A DNA stretch of 64,000 bases. Origin: a virus (lineage: Duplodnaviria > Caudoviricetes). The notes below the pieces were generated by a model. It was given only the letters and a program-made list of their open reading frames with translations. It was not told the origin of the DNA and did not search any database. The DNA lies in the IMG/VR virus record IMGVR_UViG_3300012041_000002, positions 12,210 through 76,209 of that record. One strand, given 5' to 3'. How positions within the stretch are numbered: the first letter of the stretch is position 1; each line of letters starts with the position of its first letter. A program made the translations under genes and the position numbers. Positions 26,114 to 34,346 of this stretch are shown here, in pieces.

Positions 26114-28261
26114 GTGGTGTTAGTGGAATCCGTTGCGTATGAACTGTTTGAGGCACCGAGGATTGAGGCCAGCCCTGCTAGTAAATACGTGTATGTGCGT
26201 GATGGAGTGGAGTTTTGCAACTGGATGGGGGATATATACGCGAATACCCACAGGATACTTTCGTTCGATGTTGAGACTACCGGGCTGCAAGCCGTGGCCG
26301 AGAAGCTGGTGTTGGTGCAGATTCACCATCGGGACTTCCCAACTATCGTTGCCGATGCCCGCTACATATCACCTAAGCACCTCATTATGGGGCTGGTGGA
26401 CATCATGCAGGATGAGAAGTGGCTCAAGATTGCGCACAACGCCCAGTTCGACTACGGGTTCATTCTGCACCACCTGAAAGTACGCACCGTGCGTATGTAC
26501 GACACCATGCTGGCCGAGAAGCTCATCACGGCAGGGTACCTGTTCGGTGGTAACACTCTGGCAGACGTCGCCCGCAAATACTGCGGGCACATCATGGACA
26601 AGAGTGTGCGTATGGACTTCCCTACGCTTGGCGACAAGGACTTGACAGAGGTGCAGTTAGAATATGCTGCCTCGGACGTGCAGGTTTTGGAAGGCATTAT
26701 GAACCTCCAGATACCCAAGCTAAAGGAGCGAGAGCTGATGAAGGTTGCCAAACTGGAGTTTGCCCTCATCCCCGCGCTATCCGAAGCGCACCTGCACGGA
26801 GTGTCGGTGGACAGGGAACGGTGGATGGAGCACCTTGCGTATCTGGAGGGGGAAGAGAAGCGTCGTGGGGAGGCTCTCGTAGCGGAGCTACAACCATACC
26901 ACCAGATGTACCAGTCGGAGAAGTATGCCGAGCAGGAGGCTGTGTACAATACGAAACTGGCCCAGTATCAGGCCGAGAAGGACTTACGAGCGCAGCGTGG
27001 GGCAGAGTTCAAGAAGGCTATGATTGAAAACGGCAAGAGTAGCGGAGAGGCACAGAAGCTGCTCAACGCATGGAAGAAGGACAATCCACCCCCGAAGAAA
27101 CCCCCGGCACCCGGCGATTTGCGTGAGGAGCCCATCAACCTTGGTTCCAGTAACCAGCTTGGTGGGGCGTTGAAGATGTACACGGTGCCAGTCAAGCAGA
27201 ATGAGCTGGGTAACTTCTCCATCGACAAGGAAACCTTGAAGCTACTTTCTGCGGAGTTCCCCATATGTCAGGATATACTCGACTGGCGGGAAGTGCAGAC
27301 GATACTCGAATCGTTTGGCACGAATGTTTTAGAGAGGGCTTCGTTCGACGGCAGGTTGCACCCCACATTCAAGCAGTACGGGGCAGTGTCAGGGCGTATG
27401 GCCTGTGCGGAACCAAACGTGCAGCAGATACCGGGGAACGAGATAGGTGGGGAGCTGCGGCGATGCTTTGTTGCCGGGCCGGGGAACGTGCTACTCGACT
27501 TGGACTATTCCAACATTGAGCTGCGTATACTGGCCGACTTGGCAAACGCCCGTGGGATGATAAAAGCCTTCCACGATGGAGTGGATTTGCACTCCGTAAC
27601 CGCCTGCAAAATGTTCGGGTTCAACTACGATGATATGGTGAGGGTGCTGGCACTCGAACACCCCGAAGGAGAGGATGTCAAGAAAGCGGCTACCTACAAC
27701 AAGCATCGCAAGATTGCCAAGACAATCAACTTCGGAGTTCCTTACGGGCAGTCTCCAGCCGGGTTTGCCCGCCACCTGAACCTTCCTTACATGAAGGCTA
27801 AGGAATACATGGAAGCCTACTTTGACGCCAACCCGGAGGTAGAGAGGTGGCTAAAGCAAAATTCCATGTACTGCCTGCGGCTGGGTTACACGGAGACATT
27901 GCTTGGGCGCAAGCGTTTCTTTGACGTACCTCGGATGCCCTTCAACCCGGACGATATACCCGACTACAAAAGGCAGATTGGCTCAATCAAGCGCTGGAGC
28001 AATAACCACCCCATTCAGGGGCTATCGGCTGACATCACCAAGCTGGCTATTGTCAAGCTGTACAAGGCTTTACGCGAGAGGGGGCTAAAGTCCAAGATGA
28101 TTATGTTCGTCCATGACGAGATTGTAATCGAGTCACCTGTGGAAGAGGCCGAGGAGGTTATGGCCCTCGCATCCACAAAGATGCGAGAGGCCGGAGAATA
28201 CTTCATCACCAAGGTGCCTGTGGAGATAGGCACCAAGAGTGGAGTGTACTGGAGTCACTAA
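26114..28261 (+). CDS. polA: DNA polymerase family A with 3'-5' exonuclease, no 5'-3' exonuclease
   Basis: FDVETTG, HNAQFD, DTMLA, YAASD (exo I-III); GRMAC.EPNVQQIP, DYSNIELR, K.INFG..YG, VHDE. Confidence 0.97.
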   Translation: MVLVESVAYELFEAPRIEASPASKYVYVRDGVEFCNWMGDIYANTHRILSFDVETTGLQAVAEKLVLVQIHHRDFPTIVADARYISPKHLIMGLVDIMQDEKWLKIAHNAQFDYGFILHHLKVRTVRMYDTMLAEKLITAGYLFGGNTLADVARKYCGHIMDKSVRMDFPTLGDKDLTEVQLEYAASDVQVLEGIMNLQIPKLKERELMKVAKLEFALIPALSEAHLHGVSVDRERWMEHLAYLEGEEKRRGEALVAELQPYHQMYQSEKYAEQEAVYNTKLAQYQAEKDLRAQRGAEFKKAMIENGKSSGEAQKLLNAWKKDNPPPKKPPAPGDLREEPINLGSSNQLGGALKMYTVPVKQNELGNFSIDKETLKLLSAEFPICQDILDWREVQTILESFGTNVLERASFDGRLHPTFKQYGAVSGRMACAEPNVQQIPGNEIGGELRRCFVAGPGNVLLDLDYSNIELRILADLANARGMIKAFHDGVDLHSVTACKMFGFNYDDMVRVLALEHPEGEDVKKAATYNKHRKIAKTINFGVPYGQSPAGFARHLNLPYMKAKEYMEAYFDANPEVERWLKQNSMYCLRLGYTETLLGRKRFFDVPRMPFNPDDIPDYKRQIGSIKRWSNNHPIQGLSADITKLAIVKLYKALRERGLKSKMIMFVHDEIVIESPVEEAEEVMALASTKMREAGEYFITKVPVEIGTKSGVYWSH

Positions 28262-28272
28262 GGAGTAATTAC

Positions 28273-28500
28273 ATGAAGATGTGGTTTTTGTCGACAGCAA
28301 TACTGTTTGCGCTGGCCTTTATTCTTGGGCTGCACATATATCTCATACTACTCGTGGGGGAAACCTACGGGGGCGCAGCGGCTATATTGTACGGGTTCTC
28401 CCCGATTATTGTTGCCGTGCTTGTAGCATTTGTGGGGGTTATACATACTGCTCTAACGAAAGGCACAGATGAACACCAGAATAACACAGGAGTACATTGA
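28273..28500 (+). CDS. small membrane protein (two TM helices)
   Basis: Two hydrophobic stretches; AAGGAG RBS. Confidence 0.65.
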   Translation: MKMWFLSTAILFALAFILGLHIYLILLVGETYGGAAAILYGFSPIIVAVLVAFVGVIHTALTKGTDEHQNNTGVH

Positions 28501-28735
28501 AACTATAGTGGAGTCTTACTCACGTTCTGGCCCGCTAATATTGAAAGGCGATGCTAAGATTAGCAGGTTGCCGCAAATTGTACGGTGTGAGTATTGTAAG
28601 AGGGGGGCTTACGATACCCGGTTTGTGTGCGAAGGGTGTGGGGCGCCACTCCCAGTAGTAGAGCACCCCATGCTTCATTTATCTTACGTGGATAAGTTCG
28701 ACGAAGATTTGATAGTGCGATTTGGTGATAACTAA
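28469..28735 (+). CDS. small zinc-ribbon protein
   Basis: RCEYC...CEGCGAP. Confidence 0.65.
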   Translation: MNTRITQEYIETIVESYSRSGPLILKGDAKISRLPQIVRCEYCKRGAYDTRFVCEGCGAPLPVVEHPMLHLSYVDKFDEDLIVRFGDN

Positions 28736-28756
28736 TGCTACACGAGGAGAACAAAG

Positions 28757-29500
28757 TTGAACCTGAAAAATAGTAGTACCAACGCTAATCCGTTTGTATT
28801 AGTAGAGCGGCCTTCGTTGGTAAACGTCGCCCCCGCGAACTTGCGAGGGCCAATCTCCTTATCCACCTCCGCCGGTGAGGGTACCTCTCCCAAAGGGGAT
28901 AAAGAAATAGAGGACAACCGAAGGTTCCTGGAAACCTGTGGGGAGTTCTTTCTTTACTCGGAGATTGACGACAAAACCTACGAGTTAGCAGTCGCTATGC
29001 AGCGCTTCGCCCACTCCCACAAGGGTAAGAGCAACAAACCCCGTATCAAGCTGCACATTTCCTCCGGTGGAGGCAACATTGACGTGGGGTTGTCGCTGGG
29101 TGGGATGATTACCTCCATCAGGAACACCTACGGGGTTCTCACCGACACATACATACAGGGGCTGGCCGCATCCATGGCCGGTATCCTGGCCCAGTTCGGT
29201 AACCACCGCTACATCGACTCCAACTCCCAGTTCATGGTGCATGACATCTCCATAGGCGGGCGTTACAGGTTCGACACCCGGGACATTCTGGATTTGACTC
29301 ACATGGTTGACAACACCCGTAGCATCATAGCCAACATTTACGCAAGACGTAACACAGCCGGGTATACCAGCGCAGAAGATTGGATTACCAAGTATATGAA
29401 CGGGCGTGACTACTGGCTCACGGCTCAGGAGGCTCTGGATATGGGGTTGGTAGACTCTATACTACCCGATTGCCCGGAGATGGTGAATGAAGCTCAATAA
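28757..29500 (+). CDS. clpP: ClpP-family serine protease subunit
   Basis: ISSGGG, GLAASMAG (Ser), FMVHD (His), RDYWLTAQEALDMGLVD (Asp); GAGGAG RBS before TTG. Confidence 0.92.
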   Translation: MNLKNSSTNANPFVLVERPSLVNVAPANLRGPISLSTSAGEGTSPKGDKEIEDNRRFLETCGEFFLYSEIDDKTYELAVAMQRFAHSHKGKSNKPRIKLHISSGGGNIDVGLSLGGMITSIRNTYGVLTDTYIQGLAASMAGILAQFGNHRYIDSNSQFMVHDISIGGRYRFDTRDILDLTHMVDNTRSIIANIYARRNTAGYTSAEDWITKYMNGRDYWLTAQEALDMGLVDSILPDCPEMVNEAQ

Positions 29501-29576
29501 GTGCATAAAAGAGAACCTCAAATATTTGAGGCGCCCTACAGCTATGTCTGTAGCCTTTGAGAAGTATTTACAGGAT

Positions 29577-29608
29577 AAAGAAAAGGGTAAGGCTGGTTAG
29601 CCTTACCC
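29577..29608 (-). terminator. intrinsic terminator of the blaI-like gene
   Basis: GGGTAAGGCT/AGCCTTACCC 10-bp stem followed by TTTTCTTT on the - strand. Confidence 0.75.
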
Positions 29609-29998
29609 CCTTTGGTTTACTGCGCTTTTCACAGCCTCGACACCAAACGTGTCGAACATGGCTTCCACAACCTTGTGTAGTTGGGAGTTCATGTATTCGT
29701 CGTAGTTTTGGGTAACCGTATACCGGTAGGCTACGTCGGTTCTGTCTTGCCTTAGAAGCCCCTTCTTCACCAGTCTCACAAGTGTGGTGGTGATAGTCGG
29801 ATAGGAGGGCTCTTCGTCCTCCACAGAGCGCGACAGCATTTCTTTGAACACCTGGGTAACCGTGGCGGAGTTCTTCTGCCACATGATGTCCATTATTTCT
29901 TCTTCGAGGGAACCCAGGGCATTGATTCCCTCTATATCCAATCGGTTTGATTGTCCTCGAAGTACCTTCATTTCTAGTTGCTCACTCGTCATTAGCAT
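29603..29998 (-). CDS. BlaI/MecI/CopY-family winged-helix repressor
   Basis: LGSLEEEIMDIMW...ATV..V...YPTITTTLVRLVKKGLL.Q......YRY. Confidence 0.9.
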   Translation of the reverse strand: MLMTSEQLEMKVLRGQSNRLDIEGINALGSLEEEIMDIMWQKNSATVTQVFKEMLSRSVEDEEPSYPTITTTLVRLVKKGLLRQDRTDVAYRYTVTQNYDEYMNSQLHKVVEAMFDTFGVEAVKSAVNQRG

Positions 29999-30053
29999 TT
30001 ATTGCCCTCCTTTGATTATACGTCTAACGTTACTCCTTGGGTAGTGGTAATAG

Positions 30054-30084
30054 TTTTCCACATTTAGTATACCACTTATCCACA
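30054..30084 (+). promoter_or_regulatory. two tandem DnaA boxes
   Basis: TTTTCCACA (30054-30062) and TTATCCACA (30076-30084), both fitting TTWTNCACA, same orientation, 22 bp apart. Confidence 0.55.
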
Positions 30085-30094
30085 TACATTGCAA
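30066..30094 (-). promoter_or_regulatory. sigma70 promoter for the blaI-like gene
   Basis: TTGCAA-17-TATACT with TGn. Confidence 0.75.
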
Positions 30095-30126
30095 TATCTG
30101 TGCCACAATAAATCCCCCTTTCCAAT

Positions 30127-32136
30127 ATGTCCTACCCTAAAATAGACGCCTCCGAATACAGCAGCCTGTTAGAGCGTGTATATACGCAGATACAGATAAT
30201 GGTTGAGGACGGCAACCCGGTTGACATTGTTACGTTCATCGAGAGCAAGGAGTACCTGGGGCAAACCCTGTACCCGCGCCAGCGCTTACTACTCAAAATT
30301 TATTATAAATTAGATTTATCTTCGTACCCCTGCTGGTGTCTACGCGAGAGTAAAGAGAACATCGGCAACCCCGATTGCAACCTGTGCGCAGGTTCCGGCC
30401 TCTACGATGAGTTGTCGGACGTCAAGCATCTTCTATCCTGCAAAAATAAATATGCCAAGCTGCACTTCCCGCTACTCTGCCGGCACCATGTTCTCGGCGA
30501 GTGTACCAACGAAAAGTGCCATCTGGTTAAGTATTCTCACGACTATAGAATCCTCCCCGACGACGAACTACGCCAACGGCTACAGAACCACCACGCCCAT
30601 ATTTTCCTCGGCATAGCCGGGAGGCGTGGTTCCAAATCGGCCCTCGGCGCCTTTATCAACGCTTACGAGCAGTATATGCTCAACCGCGACGCCAACCCAC
30701 AGCTAACCTGGGGGCTGCTCCCCGGACAGGCGATTGGTACCGGCAACGTAGCTGCCGACGAGCAGCAGGCGTTGATACTCTTCAAGCAGTTCAAAGCCAT
30801 ACTCGACAACTCCCCCTGGTTTCAGAAGATACGCTACCGAGCGCTGGAAACAGTCGTAGAGTTTCCTGGGCGCTCTCTGTACGCCCGTTCCATGCACTCC
30901 AACTCCTCCTCGGTGCGTGGACAAACCCTCAAAGCCATCTTTCTGGATGAGTTCTGCCACTTCAACCGCACAGGCGGCAAGCTGTCGGACAAGGCCATGT
31001 GGGCGGCTCTCGCCCCGTCTGTCATAACCTTCAAGGGGCTCGCCCGTATTGTAGTGTTCTCCTCCCCCCTCAACAAGGCCGGGCAGGCTTACGAGCTATT
31101 CGAGCTGGCCGAGAAGGGCGAGGCTTTACATGTTATAGCCGTCCAGCTGGCTACGTGGGAGATGAACCCCACAGTTACGCAGGACAACCCAGAAATCGTA
31201 TCCGCTCGAATGCTTTCTCCAGAATATGCGGAGATGGAATACGGTGCCCAGTGGGCCGAATCCGCAGGGCAGTTCATACCCGAAGAGGCCATCGTGGCCT
31301 GCGTCGACAAGAATGGCCGAGGCGCCAACACCTTCGGCCTGCCGGACGTCAAGTATCAGCTACACCTAGACTTATCCAAGAGGCGCGACAGAACCGGCCT
31401 GGTGGTTACCCACTGGGACAGGGAACGCAGGAAAGTCGTGGTTGACTTGGTAGTGGAATTTGACCCGCAAAAAGGCCCGGACTTCGGACACAACGGCGAT
31501 GTTGTAAATGAGTTAGGAGAGATAGACGTTGAGAAGCTGTTCGAGTATGTGCGAAATCTGCACACGCTACACAAATTCCACTTCAACTCCATCACCTGCG
31601 ACCAGTTCAATTCAGTATGGCTGGTGCAGGCACTACGTAAGCACTTCGGCGACGTCAAGGGAGACTGGGTTGGGGAACTCCACATCACAGATAAGCTCAA
31701 CCGCGAAGCCTTTGGAAATCTACGTTCCATCATCGTCCAAGGCGGCCTCGACTTATACCGCCACCACGAACTTATCTCCCAACTTACCCTTCTCGCCCAG
31801 ATAATAAAAGACTCCGGCGCATGGAAGGTTGAAGCCCCTCCCGGCTACCATGACGATTTGGCCGACTCCCTGGCTTTCGCTGTGCTGCGCTGCCTGCAAC
31901 TATCTCTCGGCATAACCTCTGGCATAGTGCTGATAGATATGCCCAAAGAGGAAAAACCGGAAGCCCCCATACCAGAAGAGAATGTATACGACGAGCGCAA
32001 GCGCATCGTACCACAAGAATTATTCGAGGCCGGTGTGCGCCACTCCCAGGATTGCCGCCCAGACTCGTGTGTTTATAACTGCCCCGTATTACAAGCCCAC
32101 ATGCGAGCCCATAGGCACAGTCCTGCGGGCCCATAG
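30127..32136 (+). CDS. terL: terminase large subunit
   Basis: AGRRGSKS (Walker A), IFLDEFCHF (Walker B), FSSP, LHLDLS...D.T, DQFNS, HDDLADS. Confidence 0.93.
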   Translation: MSYPKIDASEYSSLLERVYTQIQIMVEDGNPVDIVTFIESKEYLGQTLYPRQRLLLKIYYKLDLSSYPCWCLRESKENIGNPDCNLCAGSGLYDELSDVKHLLSCKNKYAKLHFPLLCRHHVLGECTNEKCHLVKYSHDYRILPDDELRQRLQNHHAHIFLGIAGRRGSKSALGAFINAYEQYMLNRDANPQLTWGLLPGQAIGTGNVAADEQQALILFKQFKAILDNSPWFQKIRYRALETVVEFPGRSLYARSMHSNSSSVRGQTLKAIFLDEFCHFNRTGGKLSDKAMWAALAPSVITFKGLARIVVFSSPLNKAGQAYELFELAEKGEALHVIAVQLATWEMNPTVTQDNPEIVSARMLSPEYAEMEYGAQWAESAGQFIPEEAIVACVDKNGRGANTFGLPDVKYQLHLDLSKRRDRTGLVVTHWDRERRKVVVDLVVEFDPQKGPDFGHNGDVVNELGEIDVEKLFEYVRNLHTLHKFHFNSITCDQFNSVWLVQALRKHFGDVKGDWVGELHITDKLNREAFGNLRSIIVQGGLDLYRHHELISQLTLLAQIIKDSGAWKVEAPPGYHDDLADSLAFAVLRCLQLSLGITSGIVLIDMPKEEKPEAPIPEENVYDERKRIVPQELFEAGVRHSQDCRPDSCVYNCPVLQAHMRAHRHSPAGP

Positions 32137-32159
32137 CGCTCACCGGAGAAATTTGAAAC

Positions 32160-34346
32160 ATGCCAACGAACTCGATTGACATGATAGTTGAGGATTCCGC
32201 CAAATACTATCAAGACATCTCCGGCTTATTCCTACCCAAATTCAAAGCCCAGGAGTCCAACTCCAAGGCGATAGCTGTCAACCACGCGGCCATGCCGCTG
32301 ACGTTTGAGCAGCACGTCCGTGCCCAGGTGGAACAGTCTCGACGCAGATATTTTATTTTCCACGAGCTGTACCGCCAGCACGTTTGGACTCGTGCCGTGG
32401 TTGACTATATTGTTCGCCGCGGCAACAAAGGCCAGGACAGGCTGGTGGATGAGGCCGACCCGCTCAACCCGGACATCGCAAAGATAAAGAAGTTCTTCAA
32501 AACCTGCCACAGACTAAAAAGTTTCAAGCAACTCAAAGCCTCCGCCATGCGCGACGTGCTGGTTCAGGGACAGGCGTACTGGTTCATCGAGAAGAATGGC
32601 AAGGGGGAACCCATAGCCCTCCACGAGATGGACGCCAGGATTTCCTTCCCCATTACCGACTTGCACGGCATGGTTATCGCCCACGTACAGGTGTACAACG
32701 GGCAGGTAGTGCTGTTCGACACCTCTGAGGTAATCTACTTCTTCACCTCGAACAACGGCTCCCTGCCTAACTCCATCTCTCCGCTGGAATCTCTGGTAAA
32801 TCCCATCGCCGCCGAGCTGAACGCTCACCTGTACAACGCGATGCTGTTCGAGAACAACCTCAACATAGGTGCGGTATTCTCCATACCGGACGCAACCGAC
32901 GAGCAGATTGAGTCCAACAAGGAATACCTCCGCGACCAGTATTCCACCCCCGCAAACGCCCACCGGCCTCTCATACTGAAAGGCGACGCCAAGTTGCTCC
33001 GTGACGGGGCACTGGCCCTCAAAGACATCAACTTTACGGAGATGATTGCACTCACGCGCCACTCCGTGTGCGCTGTGTACGGCATCCCGGAATCGTTGGT
33101 AGGTATCTCTACCAGTGTCAATCGTTCAGAAGGCGACAACAATGAGTACGACGCCTACGTAAACACCATCCTTCCTCTTCGGGAAGATAGGAATGAGCAG
33201 ATAAGCTCCCAGCTTATCCAGTCACCTGAGAACTTCAACTCCCAGGACGTGTGCCTGGAAGTGCCTCTGTCGAGCAAGTTACCCACTCCACAGCATCTAA
33301 AAGCCGTATCCTCGGCAGCTGACTTGGGTGTGTACACCTTCAACGAGATGCGCGAGATGTCAGAAGCCGAGCCTGTGCCGAACGGTGATGTGCATGTAAT
33401 GAAGATACCCGGTGCGGGTGGGTTTATCCGCCCGGACTTGACGGCTCTTCCAGGGCTTGGTGACCCGCATTGGGATATGGAAGCCTACCAACTGGAGCAC
33501 CTGGCCGAAACCCAGATGCAGAAGGAAGCCTCAGACGAGGCTGCTATGCAAGGCATACAGCTACAGGCACCACAGCCCGACACCCCCTACATACCACCAC
33601 GCCCACAGGAACGAATCCAGCAAGAGCACATCGCCTCTCGGATAGTAAATGTAGCCCGCGCAAAGGAAGTAGATAAAGGAGTGAGGGATGGGGAGGCTGG
33701 TGGCAACTTTGTCTACCGCCGAACCCCCATGCTGCCCGGCACTCGTGGTGGGAAACCCTACGTAACCAGTACCGGCAGGACACGCTATGGCCCTCCACCG
33801 AAGGGCAAGCAAGCCCCGATAAACGCCCCCGACGGCTCACCAAATGCTAACACCCTCACCAACCCACGCGACCCGAACTCCCCCAAGCGACTAACCCCCG
33901 AGGAGAAGCTGGGTGTACACGCGGCTCAGGCGCAGGTGCAGTTCACCCTGCGCAAGGCCCAGCAAGAGAACTGGGACGACGAGCAGTTTATAAGTGAGTT
34001 AGAGAGCCACGGGTGGCAACCCGCTTCGGGCACGCAGGAATCGTTCTACGACTCCCACGACGCCCTGGCCGAGGCCCGGCGCCTGGCCGAGCTATATTCA
34101 GACAAGGTATACACCCTGTTAGGTGCCGACGGCACCTACTTTATTCTGGAAAACGACTTATCCTCGTTTGTATCCAAAGGGCAGGAAAAAATCAAAGAAG
34201 GCAATTCCAAGCCAGCAAAACCCCCAGTCAAATCCCCGTCCCTCAGTGTGGCACGTTCTGCCCTGAAACCTCCCCCACCCTCACCCCTTAATCTTGACTG
34301 GCTAACCAGGATGAGACTTTTCGTAGAAGGAGATAACTATGGGTAA
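32160..34346 (+). CDS. portal protein with ~290-aa C-terminal extension
   Basis: Follows terL; D.LVQGQAYW.I, SPLESL, N..LFEN...GAVFS, HSVCAVYGIPES, TFNEMRE (HK97-like portal). Confidence 0.9.
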   Translation: MPTNSIDMIVEDSAKYYQDISGLFLPKFKAQESNSKAIAVNHAAMPLTFEQHVRAQVEQSRRRYFIFHELYRQHVWTRAVVDYIVRRGNKGQDRLVDEADPLNPDIAKIKKFFKTCHRLKSFKQLKASAMRDVLVQGQAYWFIEKNGKGEPIALHEMDARISFPITDLHGMVIAHVQVYNGQVVLFDTSEVIYFFTSNNGSLPNSISPLESLVNPIAAELNAHLYNAMLFENNLNIGAVFSIPDATDEQIESNKEYLRDQYSTPANAHRPLILKGDAKLLRDGALALKDINFTEMIALTRHSVCAVYGIPESLVGISTSVNRSEGDNNEYDAYVNTILPLREDRNEQISSQLIQSPENFNSQDVCLEVPLSSKLPTPQHLKAVSSAADLGVYTFNEMREMSEAEPVPNGDVHVMKIPGAGGFIRPDLTALPGLGDPHWDMEAYQLEHLAETQMQKEASDEAAMQGIQLQAPQPDTPYIPPRPQERIQQEHIASRIVNVARAKEVDKGVRDGEAGGNFVYRRTPMLPGTRGGKPYVTSTGRTRYGPPPKGKQAPINAPDGSPNANTLTNPRDPNSPKRLTPEEKLGVHAAQAQVQFTLRKAQQENWDDEQFISELESHGWQPASGTQESFYDSHDALAEARRLAELYSDKVYTLLGADGTYFILENDLSSFVSKGQEKIKEGNSKPAKPPVKSPSLSVARSALKPPPPSPLNLDWLTRMRLFVEGDNYG

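Noticed and set aside
16538-28261. 2-aminoadenine (Z-genome) system suggested by MazG plus a family A polymerase
   Set aside because: No PurZ or HD-family dATPase is visible; MazG and PolA alone are common
28757-29500. ClpP as the prohead maturation protease
   Set aside because: It is outside the head module and a separate HK97-type protease/scaffold follows the portal
26114-32136. Inteins or introns in PolA, TerL or DnaB
   Set aside because: The inserts lack C/S...HN splice motifs and homing endonuclease signatures, and reading frames are continuous
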